Positions 37,123-46,117 of a stretch of DNA of 64,000 nt are shown piece after piece. The stretch comes from Planctomycetales bacterium. GTDB lineage: Bacteria; Planctomycetota; Planctomycetia; Pirellulales; S012-138. The first letter of the stretch is position 1, and each line of letters opens with the position of its first letter. The translations under genes and the position numbers were made by a program. The DNA lies in NCBI GenBank assembly GCA_015488215.1, contig WFOE01000049.1, positions 12,761 to 76,760 of the forward strand, given 5' to 3'. The notes under the pieces were generated by a model, which was given only the letters and a program-made list of their open reading frames with translations, was not told the DNA's origin and did no database searches.

Positions 37123-38331
37123 TTATTCTTCGGGCTTTTCCTGGGCGTATTGGCGCAACACCTCGGCCAGCACCTGGCAGCCTTGTTCGGCCTGTTCGTC
37201 GCTCAGGGTCATCGCCGGCAACATGCGCAGCACGTTGCCCTGGGTGCAGTTGATCAGCACGCCTTGCTCCATCATCCGCTGGACCACGGGGGCCCCAGGC
37301 ACCGAAAGCTCCAGCCCGATCATCAGCCCCAGCACACGAAGCTCCTGCACAATGGGCAGCTCGTCCACCAGCGGCTGCAACAGTTGCCGGAACTTGTCGC
37401 TGAGCTGCCGGGTGCGGTCGAGCAGGCCTTCCTGCTGGATTGTCTCCAGCGTGGCCACCCCGGCCGCAGCCGCCAGCGGATTGCCGCCGAATGTAGCCGC
37501 ATGCATGCCGGGGCGGAGGCTGCGGGCCAGCTCCGCCCGGGCGAGCATAGCTCCGGCTGCCACCCCGCCGCAAAGCCCCTTGGCCAGCGTGATTACGTCT
37601 GGTTCCACGCCGAAGTACTGATAGCCGAACCAGTGTCCGGTGCGGCCACAGCCGGTTTGCACCTCGTCGAAAATCAGAATCAGTTGGTGTTCGTCGGCAA
37701 TCTGGCGCAGGCGCTGCAAAAAGCCCTCGGGCGGGATGCGCACCCCGCCTTCGCCCTGAACCGGCTCCACCAGAATGGCGGCCGTCTGGTCGTCCACCAG
37801 GGATTCCACCGCGTCGGCATCGCCGAAGGGGGCGTAGGCGAACCCGGCCAGAAGCGGCCCCAGCCCTTCGTGATACTTCGGCTGGGCGGTGGCTGTGGTG
37901 GTGGCCAGCGTGCGGCCGTGGAACCCGCCCTGGAAGGTAATCACCTTGTAGCGGTCCGGGCCGCAGTGGAGCCGCACCAGTTTCAACGCCGCCTCGTTGG
38001 CTTCGGCTCCCGAGTTGCAAAAGAACGTCTGGCCGCCGAAGCTCCGCTCCGAAAGCATCTGCGCCCAGCGCCCTTGCGGTTCGATGTACCAGGTGTTGGG
38101 CACGTGGATCAGCCGAGCCACCTGCTCCTGCACGGCCTGCACCACCCGCGGCGGGCAATGGCCCAACAGGTTGCATCCCCAGCCGGGGAACAGGTCCAGG
38201 TAGCGTCGGCCCTGGGAATCCCAGACCCAGGACCCTTCGCCCCGGACCAGCGTCACCGGATAGCGCACGTAGTTGGGAACCACGTACTTGTCGAACAGGG
38301 CGATTACCGGATCGGGGGCCGTGGTGCTCAC
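37123..38331 (-). CDS. argD: acetylornithine aminotransferase
   Basis: Class-III aminotransferase motifs [22 protein letters not shown] and TLAKGLCGG (PLP lysine). No ATG lies near the conserved N-terminus. I call the GTG at 38331, which has GGAGA 8 nt upstream. Confidence 0.9.
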   Translation of the reverse strand: MSTTAPDPVIALFDKYVVPNYVRYPVTLVRGEGSWVWDSQGRRYLDLFPGWGCNLLGHCPPRVVQAVQEQVARLIHVPNTWYIEPQGRWAQMLSERSFGGQTFFCNSGAEANEAALKLVRLHCGPDRYKVITFQGGFHGRTLATTTATAQPKYHEGLGPLLAGFAYAPFGDADAVESLVDDQTAAILVEPVQGEGGVRIPPEGFLQRLRQIADEHQLILIFDEVQTGCGRTGHWFGYQYFGVEPDVITLAKGLCGGVAAGAMLARAELARSLRPGMHAATFGGNPLAAAAGVATLETIQQEGLLDRTRQLSDKFRQLLQPLVDELPIVQELRVLGLMIGLELSVPGAPVVQRMMEQGVLINCTQGNVLRMLPAMTLSDEQAEQGCQVLAEVLRQYAQEKPEE

Positions 38332-38387
38332 CGCCGGGTTCTCCGTCGAATTCGGGGAGGAGGGATGTTCCGCCGGACCGGAAACGC

Positions 38388-39332
38388 TCAGGGGCCGGTC
38401 GCCTCGGCATCCGGCACGATCTGCGTGCCCACGCCGCGGTCGGTGTAGATTTCCAGCAGCAGGGAGTGCCGCAACTTGCCGTCGATGATGTGAATCTTCT
38501 TGACTCCCTTGGCCAGCGAATCCAGGCAAGCCTGCACCTTGGGTACCATGCCGGTGTCGATTGCTCCCTGGGCGATTAGCTCCCGGGCTTCCGAGGCGCT
38601 GAGGCTGTGGATCAGCGAGTCCGGATCGTCCTTGTCCCGCCGCACGCCGTTCACGTCGCTCAGGAACACCAGCTTTTCGGCCTGGAGCGATTCGGCTACC
38701 ACCTTGGCCGCGTCGTCGGCGTTGACGTTCAGTTTCTGCTTGTCCGGTCCCAGGCACATCGAAGGGATGACTGGCACGATGCCCGCGTGGCACAGATTGT
38801 CCAGCGTGGTGCGGTCCACCCGGGTCACCTGGCCCACGTAGCCAAGGTCCACCGGTTGTCCCTGCTGGTCGGTCAGTTGCAGCCGCTGGCCGAACAGAAC
38901 ACAGGTGGTTTTGAAGTTGAGCGGTGCGGCACGGCCGCCCAGTTGCTGGATCATTTCGGCCAGGCGGTTGTTGGTTTCGTAGGCCAGCACTTCTTCGACG
39001 ATGCGGAGTGTCGCCTCGTCCGTGTAGCGGCGCCCCTGAACGAAACGCGGCTCCAACCCCTGCTGGGCCATTCGCCGGGAGATGGCCGAGCCTCCACCGT
39101 GGACGACCACAGGCCGCATGCCCACGGTTTCCATAAACACGATGTCTTCCAGCAGCGGGCGCAGCGCCTCTTGGTCGTCGATGACCCGGCCGCCAATCTT
39201 GATGACCGTGATCCGGTCGCGAAAACGCCGGATCCAGTGCAGCGCCTCGATGAGTACGTCGGCTTTGGCGATGGCGTCTTTCAACGGCAGGCTCTCCGCA
39301 CCGGGGGAAGGGTCCAGAACCAGCCAGCTCAT
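38388..39332 (-). CDS. argB: acetylglutamate kinase
   Basis: Amino-acid-kinase fold motifs [15 protein letters not shown] and NVNADDAA. Start set at the ATG at 39332 (GGGGAG 6 nt upstream). Confidence 0.92.
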   Translation of the reverse strand: MSWLVLDPSPGAESLPLKDAIAKADVLIEALHWIRRFRDRITVIKIGGRVIDDQEALRPLLEDIVFMETVGMRPVVVHGGGSAISRRMAQQGLEPRFVQGRRYTDEATLRIVEEVLAYETNNRLAEMIQQLGGRAAPLNFKTTCVLFGQRLQLTDQQGQPVDLGYVGQVTRVDRTTLDNLCHAGIVPVIPSMCLGPDKQKLNVNADDAAKVVAESLQAEKLVFLSDVNGVRRDKDDPDSLIHSLSASEARELIAQGAIDTGMVPKVQACLDSLAKGVKKIHIIDGKLRHSLLLEIYTDRGVGTQIVPDAEATGP

Positions 39333-39732
39333 CCGCATCTCCCCTGGAACCAAAGCGTTTCGGGCAAGGAAAACTTCCATTATGAACCGGCCCCAGGGGG
39401 TGTCAATGAGCCTGGCCGCAGGGAATCCGTTGACACTTCGTTGGTCTGCAGGAAGTGGCGAAGCGACGCGGGGTTTGCTGACTTTGCCCCAACGGCGTGG
39501 CAAACGTCTTGGGGCTTGTATTTCCTCCTACCCGAAGCGGGCCTGCTTTGTACTTGTGTGCACGTCCAAGTGCCGGGCGGCACCGTGGGGCGATGGTCTG
39601 GGAATGCCGAAGGCGCGGTTTCCCGTCTGCCCCCTCCCGCCGGTCCGGCAATCGTTGTAGGCTAACAGGCAACTCCGGCAAAGTACCGAGGCGGAAAAGG
39701 TCCCCTCCGGAAAAATTCCCGCCGGAGGCAAC

Positions 39733-39802
39733 CCACCGAGCAATAAACCACCGAGCAATAAACCACAAACCACCGAGCAAAGAGAACTGAGCAAAGAGAA
39801 CT
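39733..39802 (+). repeat. two back-to-back tandem duplications abutting the leuD start codon
   Basis: CCACCGAGCAATAAA x2 (39733-39762), a partial third copy CCACCGAGCAA (39770-39780), then GAGCAAAGAGAACT x2 (39775-39802). The leuD ATG follows 3 nt later. Confidence 0.9.
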
Positions 39803-39805
39803 GCC

Positions 39806-40405
39806 ATGCCCATCGAACCGTTTCGCAAGCACACGGGACTGGTGGCCACGCTGGACCGGGTGGACGTGGACACCGACCAGATTATCCCTAAGCAGTTTCT
39901 CAAACGGATTGAGCGGACCGGGTTCGGGCAGTTTTTGTTCTACGACTGGCGATTCCTGCCCGACGGGAGCGAAAATCCCGAGTTTGAACTCAACCGGCCG
40001 GAGTTCCGCGGGGCTTCGATCCTGGTGACCCGCCGCAACTTCGGCTGCGGGTCCAGCCGGGAGCACGCCCCTTGGGCGCTGGAGGATTACGGGTTCCGCG
40101 TGCTGATTGCTCCCAGTTTTGCCGACATCTTTTACAACAACTGTTTCAAAAACGGGCTGCTGCCGATCGTGCTGTCCGACGAGCAGGTGCAGGAACTGTT
40201 CCAGCGAGTCCGGCAACATCCCGGCTACCGGCTCACGGTGGATCTGGAGCAGTGCCGCCTGAGCGACGAACACGGGCTGGACTGGGAGTTTTCCGTGCCC
40301 GAGTTCCAGCGGCATTGCCTGCTGCACGGCTTGGACCAGATCGGGCTGACCTTGCAACACGAAGACAAAATCCTGCAATACGAACGGCAGCGCGGGCTGG
40401 CTTGA
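39806..40405 (+). CDS. leuD: 3-isopropylmalate dehydratase small subunit
   Basis: 199 aa. Motifs [13 protein letters not shown] and [15 protein letters not shown]. No leuC is adjacent. Confidence 0.93.
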   Translation: MPIEPFRKHTGLVATLDRVDVDTDQIIPKQFLKRIERTGFGQFLFYDWRFLPDGSENPEFELNRPEFRGASILVTRRNFGCGSSREHAPWALEDYGFRVLIAPSFADIFYNNCFKNGLLPIVLSDEQVQELFQRVRQHPGYRLTVDLEQCRLSDEHGLDWEFSVPEFQRHCLLHGLDQIGLTLQHEDKILQYERQRGLA

Positions 40406-40429
40406 GCGTTCCGCCGCCCGGCAGTTGGG

Positions 40430-40990
40430 CCCGACCGCCTCCGCCGACTAAAAGTCGGCAGCTCGCGGATTGCGAGTATTAGCGATTGGTCTTACTCCGG
40501 AGCGGTAGCTTCTTGCACAAAGTGCAGGTCGCAAGCCGCAAGCCGATTCTCGCCCGGAGCGCCAATTCCCGCTCGGCGAGCCCCGGACTTCAGTCCGGGG
40601 AGGCAAGTAGAAACGTTTGCTCGTTGTTTTTCCTCCGCCAGCTAAAGCTGGCGGCTCGCCGATTACCCGATTGCAAGATATTGGCGCTTGTTCTTGCACT
40701 GGAGCGGAAGCTCCTGCTCAAGACCCAAGACGCAAGACACACCAGTGGCAGCGGCCCCGCCGCCTCCGCCGACTAAAGTCGGCGGCTTGCTGAATTGCCG
40801 ATTCGCGATTGCTGATGACGGGCTACCGAGTACGAACGAGTACGAATTCCGAGCACGAGCACGAGCGTTTGTTTTTCCGACGGAGCGGAAGCTCCTCGCG
40901 CAAGGCGCACGCCGCAAGCCAATTCCCGCCCGGAGCGGAAGCTCTCCCCCCAAGCCTCCACGCCTCCATCCCCCCAAGTCCCCAAGCCCT
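40430..40990. repeat. intergenic multi-hairpin repeat array R6 (between convergent leuD and DUF58 genes)
   Basis: CCGCCGAC-taaaa-GTCGGC (40441-40459); GGCGAG-CCCCGGAC-ttca-GTCCGGGGA (40575-40601); CCGCCAGC-taaa-GCTGGCGG-CTCGCCGATT (40635-40664); GGAGC-GGAA-GCTCC (40701-40714, 40882-40895, 40932-40945); CAAGACN x3 (40719-40738); CCGCCGAC-taaa-GTCGGCGG (40766-40785); GAGTAC/GAGCAC-type hexamers (40827-40866). Confidence 0.9.
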
Positions 40991-41050
40991 CATGGAGCTA
41001 CCGTCCGGCCTGCTCAAAACAACCGGCTCCCAGCACCGATTGCTGCCTGT

Positions 41051-41947
41051 TCACAGCCGGTGGCGGCGGCTTATCAGGTACTCGATCAGCGCCCGGTCGA
41101 ACGGCATGCTGGTATCCAGCGGTACGTAATCCACGCCGGCCTGGAAACACTCGCGGCGCAGCTCCTGGCGGAACTCCTCCACCGCCCCCAGGTAGTCCTG
41201 CTTGAATCCGGTGGCATCCACCTGCACGCGTTGGCCGGTCTCCGGGTCTTCGAACTCGGTCAGTCCGGCAAAGGGGAAGTTCACCTCCGCTTCGTCCAGG
41301 ATGTGGAACAGGATTACGTCGTGCTTGCGGTGCCGCAGTTGGTGTAGGGAGCGGACTATCTGTTCCGGCTCGCCCAACAGATCGCTGAAGAGCATCACCA
41401 GGCTCTGGTGCTTGAGCATGGCGGCGATCTGGGTCAGGCACTTGGGGATGTCCGTCTCGCCCCGGGGTCGGAGCCGGGCCAGCAGGCTCAGCACGCTGCC
41501 AAGCTGGGTCCGTTTGCTCTTGGGGGCCAGCGAGTGGCGAATCTGGGTATCGAAGACAATCAGCCCGCAGGGGTCCTGCTGGTGGATCATCAAGTAGCAC
41601 AGCGCGGCGGCCAGGCAGATGGCGTATTCGAACTTGGTCATCTGCTGGCGGTAGGTGTAGCCCATCGAACGGCTCAGGTCCATCACCAGGTAGCCGGTGA
41701 TGTTGGTTTCGGCTTCGAACTTCTTGATGTAATAGCGGTCGGTCTTGGCATAGACGATCCAGTCGATGTCCTTGGGATCGTCCCCGGGCGTGTAGCGGCG
41801 GTGTTCGCTGAACTCGACCGAAAACCCGTGAAAAGGGCTGGCGTGCAGGCCGTGCAGAAAGCTCTTGACGATAAACTGCGCGCGCAGGTCAAGCCGGGCG
41901 ATCTGCCGGGCCACTTCGGGCTTGAGGTATTGTTCGACTGCGGGCAT
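41051..41947 (-). CDS. DUF58 domain-containing protein (MoxR partner)
   Basis: Motifs HGFSVEFSEHRRYTPGDDPKDIDW. The track start at 41968 is a TTG, so I prefer the ATG at 41947. Confidence 0.88.
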   Translation of the reverse strand: MPAVEQYLKPEVARQIARLDLRAQFIVKSFLHGLHASPFHGFSVEFSEHRRYTPGDDPKDIDWIVYAKTDRYYIKKFEAETNITGYLVMDLSRSMGYTYRQQMTKFEYAICLAAALCYLMIHQQDPCGLIVFDTQIRHSLAPKSKRTQLGSVLSLLARLRPRGETDIPKCLTQIAAMLKHQSLVMLFSDLLGEPEQIVRSLHQLRHRKHDVILFHILDEAEVNFPFAGLTEFEDPETGQRVQVDATGFKQDYLGAVEEFRQELRRECFQAGVDYVPLDTSMPFDRALIEYLISRRHRL

Positions 41948-42029
41948 GGGCGTTTCCGTCAACGGCAAACCAACCGGGAATCGGCTGGAGGCGTTTTTCT
42001 TCCCACCGACTTGGCGAACCCTGCATTTT

Positions 42030-42306
42030 CCGTCGCCTGCGGCTTGCGTCTTGTGGCGTGCGCAAGGTGGTTCCGCACGCGGACAAACACGCGCGCCGGT
42101 TCATGCAATCGGCGAGCCCCGAACTTTCAGTCCGGGGAGGTTCGACGTTCTTGCTTGTTCTTGCTCTGGTGCGGAAGCACCCAGTCGCTGGCGACCGTGC
42201 CGCCTCCGCCGACTCAAGTCGGCGGCTCGCCGCTTTGTGTTGTTAAGTTTGTTCTTGCATTGGAGCGGAAACTCCACGTGCAACAGCGCAAGTCGCAAGC
42301 CGATTC
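42030..42306. repeat. intergenic multi-hairpin repeat array R7 (between moxR stop and DUF58 start)
   Basis: GGCGAG-CCCCGAAC-tttca-GTCCGGGGA (42111-42138); GGTGC-GGAA-GCACC (42168-42181); CCGCCGAC-tcaa-GTCGGCGG-CTCGCCG (42206-42232); GGAGC-GGAA-ACTCC (42262-42275), followed by a gcgcaagtcgcaagcc tail as in R1. Confidence 0.88.
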
Positions 42307-42307
42307 C

Positions 42308-43261
42308 TCACTCGAACTTCTCCACCTCCGGCGGCGGGATTTCTTTGAGCAGCCGCTGGATCAGGTCTTCGGTGGAAAGCCCTTCGGCCTGGGCCTGGAA
42401 GTTGGTCGAAATACGGTGCCGCAGCACCGGCACGGCCACCCGCTGGATGTCCTCCACGGCCACCGAAAAACGGCCGTCCATCGCGGCCAGGGCCTTGCCG
42501 CCGTGGATCAAAAACTGTCCGGCCCGGGGACCGGCCCCCCAGTCCACCAGCTCGCGCACGAACTCCGGGGCCGAAGGGTCCTTAGGCCGCGTGGCCCGCA
42601 CCAGTCGCGCCACATACTTGACGATGTACTGGCTCACGGCCACTTTGCTGACCAGTTCCTGGATGACCAGGATGTTCTGGGCCGACAGGATTTTGCGTAT
42701 TTCCGGCTTCTCCTGCCGCGTGGTGACCGAAAGAATCTGCTCTTCTTCTTCCGCGCTTGGATAATCGACCTTGATGTTGAACATGAAGCGGTCCAACTGG
42801 GCTTCGGGCAGCGGATAGGTCCCCTCCTGCTCGATGGGGTTTTGCGTGGCGATGGTGAAAAACGGCTCGGGCAACCGATAGGTCTGTTGGCCGACGGTAA
42901 CTTCCCGCTCCTGCATCGCCTGCAACAGAGCGGCCTGGGTCTTGGGCGGAGTGCGGTTGATTTCGTCGGCCAGCAGGATGTTGGTGAAGACCGGCCCCGG
43001 GACGAAACGGAAGTTGCGCCGCCCGCCTTCGTCCTCTTCTAGCACGTTGGTGCCGGTGATGTCCGAGGGCATCAGGTCCGGGGTGAACTGGATGCGTTTG
43101 AATTGCAGGTCCATGATGCGGGCCAGCGTGCTCACCAGCAGCGTTTTGGCCAGCCCGGGCACCCCTTCCAGCAAACAGTGCCCGCGGGTGAAGATCGCCG
43201 CAAAGACTTGTTCGATGACGGCGTCCTGCCCGATAATGACTTTGTGGAGTTCTTCGGCCAT
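42308..43261 (-). CDS. MoxR-like AAA+ ATPase
   Basis: Motifs: Walker A LEGVPGLAKT, Walker B ILLADEINR and the AAA_3 signature. ATG at 43261 (MAEELHKVIIGQD). A TTG at 43324 with AGGA upstream could add 21 aa. Confidence 0.92.
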   Translation of the reverse strand: MAEELHKVIIGQDAVIEQVFAAIFTRGHCLLEGVPGLAKTLLVSTLARIMDLQFKRIQFTPDLMPSDITGTNVLEEDEGGRRNFRFVPGPVFTNILLADEINRTPPKTQAALLQAMQEREVTVGQQTYRLPEPFFTIATQNPIEQEGTYPLPEAQLDRFMFNIKVDYPSAEEEEQILSVTTRQEKPEIRKILSAQNILVIQELVSKVAVSQYIVKYVARLVRATRPKDPSAPEFVRELVDWGAGPRAGQFLIHGGKALAAMDGRFSVAVEDIQRVAVPVLRHRISTNFQAQAEGLSTEDLIQRLLKEIPPPEVEKFE

Positions 43262-43559
43262 CAGCTTGCGGCGATGGGCGAACTCCTGAAGCACTTCCCC
43301 CAGGCTGCGGGTACGGGTAGCCAACGGCGCGGTTCCTGTTTGCAAGCGGCAAGAAGCGAACGTTTCCCTGCGAGGGCCAGATTCCTTGGGTATTCTACCC
43401 CTTGTTCTAAGTGCCAACAACGCAACCCCTTGCACGGGGCCCAATCCGCAACCTTCGGCCCCGGCAAGCAGCGTTACAGCCCCTACGATCCGCACCGGGG
43501 GGCCGGTCCGCCCCGGGGCTGGCCAGCACGGCGGCCGCCGGTGCCGGTGGCTGCGGCTG

Positions 43560-45881
43560 ATGCTTTTCTGCCTGCTGCCGGGCTTGCTGGAGCCGCAGCT
43601 TGCCCCGGCCCAGGACCTGGACCCGGCCGAAGTGCAAGCGGCCATCGATCGGGCCGTGCGATTCCTCAAGCTCCAGCAGCGGCGAAGCGGCGCCTGGCCT
43701 TCGTTCCTCCGCTGGGACACCACGCCGCTGGCCACGCTGGCCCTGCTGACCGCGGGCGTGGAGCCGGAAGACGAATCGGTGGCCCGGGCGCTGAACTTCC
43801 TGCGCAAACAGAGCTATACCCGCACCTATCTGGTTTCGCTGCAAACGATGGTCTTCTGCCACGCCACGCCGCAGCGGGACCTGAACCTCATTCGCCGCAA
43901 CGCCGCCTGGCTGGCCGCCCACCAGATTACCGAAGGCCCCAAGCGGGGCATGTGGAACTATCCGCCCGGCTCGGGCGACAAGTCCAACACCCAGTTCGCC
44001 ATGCTGGCCCTGTGGGAAGCTGAGCGGGTGTTGCAGCGGTTCGGCGTCCCTTCGCCGGTGCCCGAAGCCGTCTGGCACCGGGCCCGCCAGTTCTGGCAGA
44101 ACTCCCAGCTTCCGGACGGTTCCTGGAGCTACCTGAGCGGCGACCAGGGGACCGGAAGCATGACCTGCGCAGGGATTGCTTCGCTGATTATCGCCGCGGA
44201 CCGGCTCGGCTCCGGGGCGGCCCGAGTCGAAGGCGACGTGGTACGCTGCTGCGGCGAGCACCAGCCGGACGACCACATCCAGCGCGGGCTGCGTTGGCTG
44301 GCGCGGAACTTTTCGGTCCACGCCAATCCCAACGCACCGGGGGGCACCTGGTGGCTCTATTACCTGTACGGCCTGGAGCGGGTGGGGCGGCTGACCGCCC
44401 ATCGGCGAATCGGCAGGCACGACTGGTACCGCGAAGGGGCGGCCGTACTGTTGCAAAACCAGGACCGGCTCTCGGGTTTCTGGCGGGGGGTGGGGCCGGA
44501 AGGGAACCATCGCGTGGTATCCACTTCGCTGGCCCTGCTGTTTTTGACCAAGGGGCGCCGGCCCGTGCTGTTGGCCAAGCTCCGCTGGGGCGAGCGGAAC
44601 TCCGTGGCCTGGAACCGCCATCCTAACGACGTGGGCAACCTGACCCGGTATGTGGAGCTTCGCTGGGGGCGCGACCTGACCTGGGAAGTCTATGACGCGG
44701 CCCAAGCCACCGCGGCCGATTACTTACAGGCTCCGGTGCTGTTCCTCAGCGGCAACGAGGCAATCACCCTGAGCGACAAACAAGTGGCCGAGCTGCGCCG
44801 CTATCTGGACCGGGGCGGGTTCCTCTTTGCCGAAGCCTGTTGCGACGACCAGGGCCAGTTCGACGACACGTTCCGCCTGCTGGTGGAGCGGCTGTTCCCC
44901 GAGCCGGAACTGCAACTGCGCCGGCTGCCGCCGGAACACGAGATCTGGTTCATGGAAGAAAAAGTGGGACCGGAGTACGCCGGGCGTCTTTGGGGCGTGA
45001 ACGTCGGCTGCCGCACGGCGGTGGTCTATTGCGACACGGACCTTTCCTGCTACTGGGAGCTGTCCCGATCCGGACGCCGGGCCAAGTTCCCCCCGGCGGT
45101 GCAAAAGCGCGTGCAGTCGGCTTTGTCGCTGGGACTGAACGTGCTTTCCTACGCCACGGGCCGGGAACTGAAGTACAAGGACATGGTTCCCCGGCTGGAC
45201 CTCGATGCGGCCCGACGCCAGGCGTTCCAGCGGGCCATGCTGGTCATCCCGAAGGTGCGGCACGGGGGCACCTGGGACGCGGCTCCCGGGGCGTTGCTGA
45301 GCTTGCAGCGGCATTTGAAACAGGAACTGGGTCTGCTGGTGCCGACCGATCAACGGGTGGTTTCGCTTACGGACAAGAACCTGTTCCAGTACCACATGCT
45401 GTTTTTGCACGGGCGGCGGGCGTTTCAATTCACGCCGGAAGAACGAGCCGCACTGAAAAAATACCTGGAAAACGGCGGATTTATCCTGGCCGACGCGGTG
45501 TGCGCCAGCGCCGAGTTCGCCCGCAGCTTCCGCCGCGAAATCCAGTTGATCTTCCCCGGCAAAAGCCTACGCCCCATCCCTCCGGACCACAAGCTATTTA
45601 CCACTCATTACGGCGGGTTCGACATCCGCACCGTGCGGCGGCGCGAGCCGGGCCGGGCCGCGGGGGGAAACGGGCCTGGCCGCGTGGTACAGCACATACG
45701 CCGCGTTCCTCCGGAACTGGAAGGTCTGGAGCTAGAAAAAGGACGCTACGCGGTCATCTTCTCCCCTTACGACATCAGTTGCGCGCTGGAAAGCCAGGGC
45801 GTCGTGCCCTGCCGCGGCTATGTGCGGGAAGACGCCGCCCGATTGGCCATCAACGTGGTCCTTTACAGCTTGCAGGAGTAG
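43560..45881 (+). CDS. secreted protein with prenyltransferase/squalene-cyclase-like repeats and two DUF4159-like C-terminal domains
   Basis: The N-terminal half has alpha/alpha-toroid-type repeats (GMWNYPPGSGDKSNTQFAMLALWEA, DGSWSYLSGDQGTGSMTCAGIASL). The C-terminal half has two segments of the form LFLxG...L..YL..GGF(L/I)..(E/D)A.C, typical of DUF4159. The start is uncertain: ATG 43560 gives a signal-like MLFCLLPGLL, and the track start is the TTG at 43386. Confidence 0.8.
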   Translation: MLFCLLPGLLEPQLAPAQDLDPAEVQAAIDRAVRFLKLQQRRSGAWPSFLRWDTTPLATLALLTAGVEPEDESVARALNFLRKQSYTRTYLVSLQTMVFCHATPQRDLNLIRRNAAWLAAHQITEGPKRGMWNYPPGSGDKSNTQFAMLALWEAERVLQRFGVPSPVPEAVWHRARQFWQNSQLPDGSWSYLSGDQGTGSMTCAGIASLIIAADRLGSGAARVEGDVVRCCGEHQPDDHIQRGLRWLARNFSVHANPNAPGGTWWLYYLYGLERVGRLTAHRRIGRHDWYREGAAVLLQNQDRLSGFWRGVGPEGNHRVVSTSLALLFLTKGRRPVLLAKLRWGERNSVAWNRHPNDVGNLTRYVELRWGRDLTWEVYDAAQATAADYLQAPVLFLSGNEAITLSDKQVAELRRYLDRGGFLFAEACCDDQGQFDDTFRLLVERLFPEPELQLRRLPPEHEIWFMEEKVGPEYAGRLWGVNVGCRTAVVYCDTDLSCYWELSRSGRRAKFPPAVQKRVQSALSLGLNVLSYATGRELKYKDMVPRLDLDAARRQAFQRAMLVIPKVRHGGTWDAAPGALLSLQRHLKQELGLLVPTDQRVVSLTDKNLFQYHMLFLHGRRAFQFTPEERAALKKYLENGGFILADAVCASAEFARSFRREIQLIFPGKSLRPIPPDHKLFTTHYGGFDIRTVRRREPGRAAGGNGPGRVVQHIRRVPPELEGLELEKGRYAVIFSPYDISCALESQGVVPCRGYVREDAARLAINVVLYSLQE

Positions 45882-46117
45882 GGGGGCGGAGTCGCCTTCG
45901 GTGCTCTGAGCAGGACAGGTGCCCCTTCTGGCCCAGAGGGCAAGGGGGCCCCCACGCCCGCCGGAGGGGTGCGCCCTTTGCCCCAAGTGGCCTGGCGGCC
46001 GAGCGTTGCTTCCCCTCCCAGCGGCTTCGGCGGACAGGGCTTTTCCTCGGGGCAGGATTTTGTACGCTTTATGTTTCCTCAAGCAATCGAACCGCCGTTT
46101 GTTCGGGAAGTTGGACC

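Noticed and set aside
44840-46117. N-terminal 426-aa extension of the EF-G track ORF (44840..48220)
   Set aside because: The extension overlaps the DUF4159 gene in another frame and is Arg/Gly/Pro-rich nonsense. The canonical EF-G N-terminus begins at the ATG at 46118.
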